Source: an uncultured virus (IMG/VR IMGVR_UViG_3300043568_000902) (lineage: Duplodnaviria; Heunggongvirae; Uroviricota; Caudoviricetes). From it: 64,000 bases of DNA. Position numbers and translations under genes: made by a program. Of the stretch, positions 27,899 through 38,300 are shown piece by piece (positions within the stretch are counted from its first letter, which is position 1; each line of letters starts with the position of its first letter). The notes under the pieces were generated by a model. It saw only the letters and a program-made list of their open reading frames with translations. It made no database searches and was not told the origin of the DNA. The stretch is taken from IMG/VR virus record IMGVR_UViG_3300043568_000902, one strand, 5' to 3'.

Positions 27899-28489
27899 AT
27901 GCAGGCTATAAGAAAACCAGACTTAAATGCTCCACGATTTAGAAAGCCCGTTACTAAAACGGTAACTGCTAAAACCTTAAAAGCTTTTAAAGAAAAGCAT
28001 AAAGGTTATGATAATGTTGACTATGAGACTTTTAAAAGTATTATAGCTACACATTGTGAAAAGATATGGAAAACGGTAATTAATACTAGAGATGGTATTG
28101 AGTTACCAGAAGGTATAGGATATCTTTTTATCGGAGCTTGTCCTGCTAGAAAGAAGCAGGTAGTTGACTACAAGAAGTCATTTGAGTATGGTTATAAAGT
28201 GAGCATGATGAATTGGGAAACAGATGGTACTATAGGTAAAATATTCTTCTCAAATTATAATGTAAAGTATAAGATTAGAGATAGGGAAATATGGGCGTTT
28301 AATGCGGTAAGACAATTTAAACGTGAGTTTGCTAAAGTATATCCAGAAAATTGGAAAACATACTTAAGCATTGATAAGACAAAGCCTGTATCTCAATTAT
28401 ACTTTAACCCAAGAAAGTACGTGGATAGAAATCCTGAGATTAAAACGGATGACTTCCTGCTTTCTATATATAACGAATTTGAATTTTAA
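27899..28489 (+). CDS. IHF-like protein of the crAss-like tail module
   Basis: GIELPEGIGYLFIG and WAFNAVRQFKR motifs; precedes ring and muzzle genes as in crAss-like phages. Confidence 0.6.
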   Translation: MQAIRKPDLNAPRFRKPVTKTVTAKTLKAFKEKHKGYDNVDYETFKSIIATHCEKIWKTVINTRDGIELPEGIGYLFIGACPARKKQVVDYKKSFEYGYKVSMMNWETDGTIGKIFFSNYNVKYKIRDREIWAFNAVRQFKREFAKVYPENWKTYLSIDKTKPVSQLYFNPRKYVDRNPEIKTDDFLLSIYNEFEF

Positions 28490-28494
28490 AAGAT

Positions 28495-29169
28495 ATGACA
28501 ACTATTGGAGAAGCAGTATCACGAGTTAGAAATGTAGTAAAAGGTTCTACCGAAGACGCATTCCTTACCGATAGATATATATTTAGTCTTATAATGAAAC
28601 ATGCCAAGTTTTTCATTAGAAAGCAAGACAGCTTAAATGAAATCCTTAGGTTCAATAGCTTCTTTAGAAGACTACCTTGCGTAGAACTTATTGAAGTAGA
28701 TAAGGTTGAAGCATGCTGTGATGTTAAATCTAACATTATGGTTAAACGCACTAAAGATAAAATACCGGGAGTTATGGATAGCTCCTATGGTCCACTATTT
28801 AGAACTGTAGCTTCAGTAGATGATTCTACACAAGTTTATAAAACTGAGCCTGCTTTGTATAACTCAATGGCTAAGACCTCAGGTTATAAGTATAACAAAC
28901 AAAAATACTATTGGTATCTTAACGGGTATCTTTACTTTCCTAATGTAAATTGGGATGCGGTATCTGTAGAAGGTATCTTTGAACAAGACCTTTCTCCTTA
29001 CACTTGTGACGTTCAAGGAGATTGTGTTAAAAGACAAGATCAAGCTCTTATTGTACCGGATTATTTGTTTAGCCAAATTGAAGCTCAAGTATACAATGAT
29101 CTTAGATTTAGCATGGCGATTCCTTCTGATTCTGCAATTGATGACAAACAAAGTTTATTAAGACCTTAA
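28495..29169 (+). CDS. Tail ring protein
   Basis: DAFLTDRYI, PCVELIEVD and YYWYLNGYLYFPN motifs; synteny. Confidence 0.65.
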   Translation: MTTIGEAVSRVRNVVKGSTEDAFLTDRYIFSLIMKHAKFFIRKQDSLNEILRFNSFFRRLPCVELIEVDKVEACCDVKSNIMVKRTKDKIPGVMDSSYGPLFRTVASVDDSTQVYKTEPALYNSMAKTSGYKYNKQKYYWYLNGYLYFPNVNWDAVSVEGIFEQDLSPYTCDVQGDCVKRQDQALIVPDYLFSQIEAQVYNDLRFSMAIPSDSAIDDKQSLLRP

Positions 29170-29170
29170 C

Positions 29171-30082
29171 ATGAACTACAATTACACTTTAAAATATAGA
29201 ACTTTTGAATCTTTACTTGAAGATGTAAAAGTTGATTTAAGAACTCTTACCCTTCAGAATAAAATTGAGCCTGCTCAGCTTATTAAGGTTGCAACGCGTA
29301 TTACTTATGACCTTGGTCTAAGAGTTAATATGACTAAAGAAACAGTTTTAAAAGTAGAAAAGGGTAGAGCTCGTTTACCAGAGGATTTCTTTGTAATGAA
29401 TTTTGCATTAGTAATGAATCAGGGTTATGATTTAATTGTTCCTGCACAAGGTACTAATGTTCAAGATGTTACACCAACCTGGAGACCTTGGGTTGAGCAA
29501 AATTATTGTAGTGATGCATCATTGCCTGAGCAACCAGTATGTTTTACAAAATGTGAAAAAACATCTGATTATCAGATTATTCAAATTGTAAATACTGAAA
29601 GACGAGCTTATAAAAACTTTTATCCTCTACGCTTTAGAAATTCTAAGTTTGTAGATTGTAACTGGCCAAACATGTTTCATTCTTATCATGATGAAGCTTG
29701 GGTTAAAGATGGTTGGTTGTATACAAGTTTGGAAACAGCTGATGTATATATTAACTATCAAGGTGATTTGACAAATGAGGATGGTGATTTACTTGTTCCT
29801 GATCATCCAATGCTTAATGAGTATTATGAATATGGATTAAAGAAAAGGATTTTAGAAGACTTGATAATGGATGGTGAAAATGTTACGGCGCAGTTTCAAC
29901 TTGTAATGAATGAGTATAGAGCAGCTCGCAATAATGCACTTACTATTGTTAATACTCCTAATTTCTCTGAGATGGAAAAACTATGGGCTATGAATCGTAA
30001 AGCAATGTATGCTAAGTACTATGACATGTTTAAGTCATATTATCCATATGCTCCAAACTATAGAACTAATAATGCAGTGTAA
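29171..30082 (+). CDS. Tail tubular/ring protein (P22 gp4-like position)
   Basis: V.KGRARLPEDF and YINYQG...DGDLLVPDHP motifs; directly before the muzzle gene. Confidence 0.65.
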   Translation: MNYNYTLKYRTFESLLEDVKVDLRTLTLQNKIEPAQLIKVATRITYDLGLRVNMTKETVLKVEKGRARLPEDFFVMNFALVMNQGYDLIVPAQGTNVQDVTPTWRPWVEQNYCSDASLPEQPVCFTKCEKTSDYQIIQIVNTERRAYKNFYPLRFRNSKFVDCNWPNMFHSYHDEAWVKDGWLYTSLETADVYINYQGDLTNEDGDLLVPDHPMLNEYYEYGLKKRILEDLIMDGENVTAQFQLVMNEYRAARNNALTIVNTPNFSEMEKLWAMNRKAMYAKYYDMFKSYYPYAPNYRTNNAV

Positions 30083-30084
30083 GT

Positions 30085-33000
30085 ATGGCTAAAAAGAATT
30101 CCAATCAAACCCAAATGAATGATGCGGCTACTAACACATTCAGTAAAGGTTTAATAAAAGATTATGATGATACATACTTTCCCGAAGGTAGTTGGTCACA
30201 TGCGCGCAATGCTGTAAATAATTCAACAGATGGTAATCTTGGAGTATTAGGTAATGAACCATCTAATATTCTTTGCGCACCTCCTGGTGCTGATACAACT
30301 GCACCTTACCAAATTAATGGTGCTATTTATCTTACTGAAGATAAATGGGTTATAACATCTGGTGATGGTAATAATTCTGAAGTGGGTTTATTTGTAGCGG
30401 ATCAATGCCAATACTATAAAATTGTAAATGACTCTTGCTTAAACTTTCAAAGTACCCATATTGTAATTGGTGTATCAAAACAAAATGCTGATTGCACATG
30501 GCAAGTGTATTTTGCAGATGGATTAAATCCAGATAGAAGTTTAAATATTGGAGATATATCTATGGGGCCATTTGCAGATCCTTGGCCAGGTGTTCCTTAT
30601 TTTTCAAGTGATATTATTCCTGGAGAATGTGAACAATGTGAGCCTATTGGTCCTCCTTACCAATTAGATTGTGAAAGATTGAGAATTGCTAAATTAATTA
30701 AGACTCCATCATTAACTCTTAATAGGAGCTTGACCGGGGGTACTTTGTTAAACGGTTCTTATTTTGCATCAATTGCATATGCAATGAATGGCGAGCGAGT
30801 AACTGATTATTTTGCACCTTCAAATGTTCAAGCAATTTTTGCTCATGATAATGTTGCTGGAGGTTTACAGTTAGTAATAAATGATATTGAAACTGATGTA
30901 TATAGCGAGTTTGAATTAGTTATAACTAAAGTAATTAATCAACAAACTGTTGCTAAAAGAATTGGTATATATAATACAAGTATTGGTCAAGTAGAGATAC
31001 CAGAAATCCCAGACGCATTAGAAACAATTCCCATAAGTAATATTATTATAAATAATGCTATTACTGAAAAGTCAAATGCAATGTTTGCCGTAAATGATTA
31101 TTTAGTTAGAATTGCGCCTAGTTCTAGATTTGACTTTAACTATCAACCATTAGCTAACTTAATTACTGCAAAATGGGTAGTTACAGAATATCCTTCTGAC
31201 TACTATTTTAAAGGTGGTAATGTTACCGGATATATGCGTGATGAGGTATACTCATTCTTTATTCGTTGGATATATAACACAGGAGATAAATCAAGTTCTT
31301 ATCACATTCCGGGAAGACCAGCTATTGCAGCATTAGATTTACCAACACCTAACTCACCATTAGATAACTTTGATAATAATGCCCAAAGATGGGAGGTTTA
31401 TAATACAGCCTATACAGTTAACCCTGGTCTAAATATTTCTCAACCAGATGGTGGTGTAATAGTTGCAAAAGGAAGAATGGGTTATTGGGAATCTACAGAA
31501 ATTTACCCTAACAATAAACCCGATGTGTGGAATGCAGACACATGGGGCCCGGTTGACACATTCCCTACCTATACATCAAATGTAAATGACTATAACTTAT
31601 GTGGTAAACATATAAGACATCATAAGATGCCAGCAGACGTTATTATGTTTTCACCAAATGGCTCTACTACATATGATGATAGTTATTCACACGTAAGAAG
31701 TAATGCTGATAATAGACCTACTAATATAAGAATATTAGGAGTTGAGTTTGATAACATACTTCCTCCTGTATATGAAGATGAGAATGGTAACAGAGTTGTT
31801 ATTCCAGGTGTTGTAGGTTATGAAATACTACGTGGATCAAGACAAGGTAATAAAACAGTTATAGCAAAAGGTATTGTAAACAATGCTAGATACTATGTTT
31901 CACCAGATGGTGAAGATCAAATATTGTATCAAAACTATCCTTATAATCCTTTGTATGATTCTAGCAATAGCTACATGTCAGAGTATCCTGATTTATCAGA
32001 ATCTGATGTACCGGGTGGACCAAGTAATAGTGAAAATGCAGCAGGAGCATTTCCTAGTGGAACATATAAGAAAAACATTTTTACTTTCCACTCTTTTGAT
32101 ACACAATTAATATCATCATACTTAGCTGTTCAAGAGTTAGTTGTTTATGGTGAACGTGGTTATGATGATAACGTATCAGGAAATTTTTCTGAGGTTCCAG
32201 GACATCCTAAGCATAAACTTCTAACAGATGCCGCATTTATATTATGTTTAATACTAGGACTTGCTGAAGCTTTTTATAAAATTAGAGGTACTAAAACTAG
32301 ATCGCAAAACGGACCTCGAGAATTACACTTAGGAATATTGGGTGGTGGCGCTCCTTTAGTAGGTGGTGGTGGACAACCATTAGCTCTTGCAAATGGTACT
32401 AGTGTTCCACCTACAGGTTGGGATCTTTTAATAAAAAGTCCAGCTTCTCCTTTACAATTTGGTACTATTGCGCAAGGTAATAAAATAGCAGGTGCTGTTT
32501 GGACAGGTGCTACAGGTGCTATAGATGCTGCTGAAGCCGGCGGAGCATGGGCAGGATATCTTATAGGAACAAGTCCCGACTTTGCAGCTTGGAAGACATC
32601 TCTTATTAATGCTACAACACTTAACCCTTCAAAGATTGGTTATCAAGAAGATTATGCATTGCAGATGTCTGGATTTAACATGTTACCTCAAACCATGCAA
32701 GCTGCAGGAGGTATTATTGCTTCTGTAGGATATTGGGCTCAAGGTGCAACCACAACTGTAAATTTATTTTTATCAGCAACAAAGTATAGACAATATGCAT
32801 ATAGATACTTATCGCACGGAGATTTAACTAAATTTAGTCGTGGTAATTCTGCTATTGCAAACTATAGACGTAAAATTACAAGAAGTTTTTACTTAGAAAA
32901 TCTTTTACAAAATTTTCCAGCATCTGATAGCACACAAACTAATTACACTGTAAATAATTTATTTAGAGGAAGATGTGTACTTCTTGAAACAGATAGAAAT

Positions 33001-35358
33001 GTTAACAATCCTAGTGGTTTAGACAACTCTTTAAATACAATAAAAAGTGCTAGTGCTGCAGGATATATTCAATTTCCTGGCCCAACAGCACCCGAGAAAA
33101 GAACTAGATTAGTTGAAGCGCTTTTTAATACAAATGCTTATTCTTATTATGTTGGTTTAAAAATTAAAAGACCAAATTTATATGGACAACTAAACAGTAT
33201 TATACAAGTAAATACTAATCAAAGAACATTAGTTAAACCACTACCTGATGGTGTTGACACTTGTAACAATAGTAATCTTGCAACTTTAAATAATACAGAT
33301 CTAGGTAGATCAGTAGTACCTACTATAGTTTATGGAGGTGATACTTATATTGGTCGCTATACAGAAAAAAATACTTTCTTCTATTTTAGAGATTGGTTAT
33401 ATGGTCAACCAGATGGTACTCAGTTTGACTACAGCACAAAGTACATGATTTCTTTTCCAAGATACTGGGCTAATTTTTCAGACTTTGATGGTAGTTCATT
33501 CTTAGGTAGTGTATTTTCAAGTTTAACAGAAGCTGTTGTAGGAACTGCAATGCTTAACTGGGATGGTGCATTAACAGAGGACTGGGATATACCAAGTAAC
33601 TTACACCACTTAGATCGTAACTTAAACTTTGGAAACTCATTATTATCCGTATTTGCATTAAGTGTTAAAAACGGATTTATGTATCTCTATCAATCAGGTG
33701 TTAGAGACTTTTATATGGAGTCTGAATATAATCTTGACTTAAGAGATTGGGGTAATGATGATGCTCAAAGATTTTATGATCCATATAGATTTACGGAACT
33801 TGAGACATTATTTGATCCTCCTATAATAAAGTCTGGTAATTACTTTAAGTATGATATATCTTTAGGGATAACCAAATTATACAAAGACCTTGTTACCTGG
33901 GGTAATCTACAACCTACTAGCTACAATCCTTTTGTAGCAGAAACTTGTTATACTTATTATCCTAATAGACTTATATATTCTTTACCACAAAATGCAGAAA
34001 GCATAAGAGACTATTGGCAAACATTTTTGACTTTTAATTACAAAGATTTTAGAACTAATGTAATGTCAATTAAGCCATATGACCAAAGTGGTGTTGTAAT
34101 TTTCTTTGATGGGGATAGTCCTGTTATGACACGTACAGTTGAAAATCTTCAATTAGATTTAGGTACAAAACTTAACATAGGAGATGGTAGTTTATTTTCA
34201 CAACCTCTTCAAAGTTTAAGTAATGCAGACACAGCTTACCAATACGGTTCTACACAAGATACACTAAGCGTTATTAATACACCACTTGGTATATATTACA
34301 TTGGTCAAAACCAAGGTAAAATCTTTAGAGTTGGTGAAGGCTTAGAAGAGCTGTCAAATGCTGGATTAAAATGGTGGTTTGCAAAATACTTACCATATAA
34401 ACTTTTAGAAGATTTTCCAGAGTTTGAATTAGTAAATAATCCAATTGCAGGTATAGGTTGTCAATCCTCATTTGATAATGAGAATCAGATTGTTTATTTC
34501 TCTAAACGAGATTTTCAATTAAAACCTGATGCACCTTATGCTTTACTATATGAGAAGAAGGATATCTTTAGGGTAATCCAAGGTGGTCAGCCGAGCGGCT
34601 TTACTGTTAAGTTGGGTGACCCATTGTACTTTGAAGATGCATCTTGGACGGTAAGCTATGATCCAAAAGCAAAAGCTTTCATCTCATTCCATGACTGGCA
34701 TCCTGATTTAATGATACCAGCAAAGACTAATATCTATACTACTAAAGTTGGAGGTATTTGGAAACACAATGAAAGTACTTCAAGCTATACTAACTTCTAT
34801 GGTATTGATTACCCATTTGAAGTTGAGGAAGTAGTGTCAACAGGTCAAACTGTTAACTCTATTAAGAGCATGGAATACATCCTTGAGGCTTATGTATATA
34901 GCGCCGATGGGTATGACAAGTTCCATGTACTTGATTACAACTTTAATAAAGCTATAGTATATAACTCTGAGCAAGTATCGGGAGAGCTGCGACTAAACCT
35001 GCATCCTAAAAATAACCCCGCAGCAGCAATGCAGTATCCAATAATAACTCCTACATATGTTGACATACTATATAGTAAGGAAGAGAACAAGTATCGCTTT
35101 AACCAATTCTGGGATCTAACACGTGACCGTGGAGAGTACACAGGATTTGTAACTCAAATGTGGGATACTCAAGCAAATGGTTATATATCTTTGTTAAACC
35201 CTAATAATATTAACTATGATAAATCACCATTCCAGCGTAAGAAATTCCGCCACTATGTAAATAGATTGAGACTTATTAGAGAAAATGCACCTGGTCAAAA
35301 TAACACCAAGATGCTTTATAAGATTAACAACATGAAACAAACTTTATCTCCTCGCTAA
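30085..35358 (+). CDS. Tail stabilisation/muzzle protein (P22 gp10-like)
   Basis: 1757 aa, beta-rich; GYMRDEVYSF, IRHHKMP, GYEILRG, GGDTYI and SWTVSY...FISFHDW motifs. Confidence 0.8.
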   Translation: MAKKNSNQTQMNDAATNTFSKGLIKDYDDTYFPEGSWSHARNAVNNSTDGNLGVLGNEPSNILCAPPGADTTAPYQINGAIYLTEDKWVITSGDGNNSEVGLFVADQCQYYKIVNDSCLNFQSTHIVIGVSKQNADCTWQVYFADGLNPDRSLNIGDISMGPFADPWPGVPYFSSDIIPGECEQCEPIGPPYQLDCERLRIAKLIKTPSLTLNRSLTGGTLLNGSYFASIAYAMNGERVTDYFAPSNVQAIFAHDNVAGGLQLVINDIETDVYSEFELVITKVINQQTVAKRIGIYNTSIGQVEIPEIPDALETIPISNIIINNAITEKSNAMFAVNDYLVRIAPSSRFDFNYQPLANLITAKWVVTEYPSDYYFKGGNVTGYMRDEVYSFFIRWIYNTGDKSSSYHIPGRPAIAALDLPTPNSPLDNFDNNAQRWEVYNTAYTVNPGLNISQPDGGVIVAKGRMGYWESTEIYPNNKPDVWNADTWGPVDTFPTYTSNVNDYNLCGKHIRHHKMPADVIMFSPNGSTTYDDSYSHVRSNADNRPTNIRILGVEFDNILPPVYEDENGNRVVIPGVVGYEILRGSRQGNKTVIAKGIVNNARYYVSPDGEDQILYQNYPYNPLYDSSNSYMSEYPDLSESDVPGGPSNSENAAGAFPSGTYKKNIFTFHSFDTQLISSYLAVQELVVYGERGYDDNVSGNFSEVPGHPKHKLLTDAAFILCLILGLAEAFYKIRGTKTRSQNGPRELHLGILGGGAPLVGGGGQPLALANGTSVPPTGWDLLIKSPASPLQFGTIAQGNKIAGAVWTGATGAIDAAEAGGAWAGYLIGTSPDFAAWKTSLINATTLNPSKIGYQEDYALQMSGFNMLPQTMQAAGGIIASVGYWAQGATTTVNLFLSATKYRQYAYRYLSHGDLTKFSRGNSAIANYRRKITRSFYLENLLQNFPASDSTQTNYTVNNLFRGRCVLLETDRNVNNPSGLDNSLNTIKSASAAGYIQFPGPTAPEKRTRLVEALFNTNAYSYYVGLKIKRPNLYGQLNSIIQVNTNQRTLVKPLPDGVDTCNNSNLATLNNTDLGRSVVPTIVYGGDTYIGRYTEKNTFFYFRDWLYGQPDGTQFDYSTKYMISFPRYWANFSDFDGSSFLGSVFSSLTEAVVGTAMLNWDGALTEDWDIPSNLHHLDRNLNFGNSLLSVFALSVKNGFMYLYQSGVRDFYMESEYNLDLRDWGNDDAQRFYDPYRFTELETLFDPPIIKSGNYFKYDISLGITKLYKDLVTWGNLQPTSYNPFVAETCYTYYPNRLIYSLPQNAESIRDYWQTFLTFNYKDFRTNVMSIKPYDQSGVVIFFDGDSPVMTRTVENLQLDLGTKLNIGDGSLFSQPLQSLSNADTAYQYGSTQDTLSVINTPLGIYYIGQNQGKIFRVGEGLEELSNAGLKWWFAKYLPYKLLEDFPEFELVNNPIAGIGCQSSFDNENQIVYFSKRDFQLKPDAPYALLYEKKDIFRVIQGGQPSGFTVKLGDPLYFEDASWTVSYDPKAKAFISFHDWHPDLMIPAKTNIYTTKVGGIWKHNESTSSYTNFYGIDYPFEVEEVVSTGQTVNSIKSMEYILEAYVYSADGYDKFHVLDYNFNKAIVYNSEQVSGELRLNLHPKNNPAAAMQYPIITPTYVDILYSKEENKYRFNQFWDLTRDRGEYTGFVTQMWDTQANGYISLLNPNNINYDKSPFQRKKFRHYVNRLRLIRENAPGQNNTKMLYKINNMKQTLSPR

Positions 35359-38300
35359 TGGCTAAAGTAAGTAAGTATGGACAATGGAAGTATCCTGGTG
35401 AGGATACAATAGTTCCAACACCGGATGGTCGTATAACAATGAAAGATGTACCTTACCCAGTATTAGGTATAGATAACAAAGGCAATCGTCAAATGATGAT
35501 GCCTGGTATGGATTACCAGTTTTCTGGCAAGTCTGTATATGAGATACCTATGGTTAAGAGTGGAGGAACTAGAAAGGTTAAGATTAAAAAATTACCTAAG
35601 GCTCAAATTATAGGAGGTATTGAATATCTAGGGGACGTTACTCAAGATGAGGATAATTACTGGGAGCAAAGTTATAACAAATGGATAGGTAAAAAACTGT
35701 CACCTGAAGAGGCTTATAATGCGGCAACAGCTGATGTAAATGCACGACGTGGACCATCTCATCCATATTATGTATATAATGCAAATAGCGGTTTACCAAA
35801 TGAAAATTCTGGAGTAGTTGTTCCAGCACAGAAACCAAACCCTTATAAGCATCTTCAAGATTGGCCGGATTTTAATGAATCTGGATCAGCGCAAGATTTT
35901 TATGGTAATACAGATGATGCAGTAAAATGGGAGAAACAATGGTATAGTAGAAGAGCAAATTTACCACAGTTTAAAGATATTGCTGAAAAAAGATTAAGTC
36001 TTGCTGACAGCATAGAGATGCAGCCTTGGAGTGCAGATAATTGGCAAAATTCTTTAAGTCCTTATGCAACTGGTTATTACTCATGGGATGATGCTACTGT
36101 AAATATACCTCAATCCTATTTTAGTAGACCTTCATTATACACTCATGAAAGAAGCCACTGGTATGACTATAATGCTCCTCAGGATAACATGGTAACTAGT
36201 TACTATAAAGGAAAACCAATTCCTCTATATAATGAGTATGATCCAATTTTAAATAATATTATACCTGATGAGTATATGACACCTGGTGGGGAAGGTGCAA
36301 CAAATGATGTTTATTCTAAAGAAGGTATATACTCACCATTTACCAATGATGATCCTAACTATGATGTTAACTATTATTATAATCCGACAGAGGTAAGGGC
36401 TCGCTTAAATGAATGGCGTAGAAGACTTAATATAGATCCTACAAAAAATTATAGTAATGATGAAATTCAGCAAATTATTGATAAGGATATAAATTCTGGA
36501 GATCGCGGTAGTTTTGATTTATACAAAGTTCTTAGAGGTAGAGGTGATTTATTAAAACAAATCAATGACTCTTATGTGTCTACAGGTGATAAAGAAAATT
36601 CTGATGAATTGCCTAAAGCTCAAAGAGGATTACGTAAAGCTCAAACTGTAGGTCAATTTTCTAATCCTAATTTTAAATCTAGTTATGATTGGAGAAAAAG
36701 TCCTGCAGAAAATGCTGAGCTTAATAGAAGAGCTGAAGCAGCTGGTCATAACTCTGTTGGTGAGTATGAAGCATCAGGTTGGGCATGGCAGCCAGAGAAA
36801 ACTCACTTTACTAAAGGACAAGGAACGGGTATAGGTATAATTAAAGCTCAACCACAACAGCAAACCTGGGACCAGCAAGTAATGCAAGGAATACCGGGAG
36901 TACCTGCAGCACCTCCTAAAGCAGCACCTAGTATAGAAGATCAAGTATATAGTGATAGATACAGAATTCCAGAAAATGAAAATGACATAGACTATTCAAC
37001 AGTTATAAAATCTAAAATTCCAGGATTGTCAAAGTCTACTCATCCTGATGTACAAATGCTGCAGCAAAAAGAAGCAGCTGATGTAGCAGAATGGGTAGAT
37101 ACTAAATATAAAGAAGAATCTCCAGAAGAGAAAGAACAAAGAAATAGAGAAAGTTTTATAAAATATAACACTACACCGGGTAAAGAAGATCTGGAAAAGG
37201 TAAACCCAGAAACTGGTTATGCAAAAGCTGCATATACAGGACGTCCTGGAGCTGGTCCAAAGTTAGGAGGAATGAGTTTATGGAATCCTGAAGATGTTGC
37301 AAATAGTGGAATAACTGATACTGATGTAAACGAATACTTAGAGGCCCTATATAATAATCAACAACAAGCAGATAGGGTAGCTCAAATAACACTTGATTTA
37401 GGTTTTTCAAAGGATGAAAAAGAAAAGGAACGTTTAAGTGCTGAATTAAAAGACAAAAAATATATTTTAGCTCAATCCGATAAAGTTCTTAATAATACAG
37501 CATTTACTAAAAAGCTTTGGGATTATCAGACAGGAAGACAAGAAGCCGCAAATAAGGCTAATATGATTGGTACAGCAACATCAACTATGGGACCTTTAGA
37601 TGCTGCAGTAGGTTTAGCGGCAGGTCTTCCTGCTTTATCCGCAACAATGGCTGCACCTATATTAGGAACTAGTCTTACATTAGGTAGTGCTGTTAATCCG
37701 TTTTTTTATGCGGCAGGTATCAATGGATTTTTAAATCCTAATTCTGATTTTAGTCAAGCAGCAGAAGCTTGGAGTAAAGGTAAGGGTAGCGGAACAGATG
37801 TTCTTTTGGAAGCAGGACTTAACACATTAAACTTTTTAGGATATAAGTCTGTACCTACAGATATTGGCAACTTTGGAAAAGCTTACAAAGAAATAGCTAC
37901 CGGAGAATCTATTATACCGTATGCATGGAAAAGTCCTGCAGTAGGTCTTTCTCAAGAAGCAAGTGCTGATATGTTTAACTCACTTCTTAACAGCGGTAAA
38001 ATGACACCTGTTGAAAGAAATATTGTTTTAGAATATCAAAATAATCCTAGTGCTTTTACAGGAAGATTTGGTAGTGTAGATCCTGTTAAAAGAAGTGCAT
38101 TAAATGATATAATAGGTAAATATGAATTACAGTTTCCGCAAAACTCTAATGCGATTGCTACAAGAAGATTTAATTTTAATCGGGGTAATCTTGGCGCAAA
38201 TATAGAAAATGGTAGAATAAATTTTGGAGATAGGCCCACATCATTTAGTGCTGGATTAGGTATAGAAGGATATAATGGTGCTCCTGATAGACTTGTAATA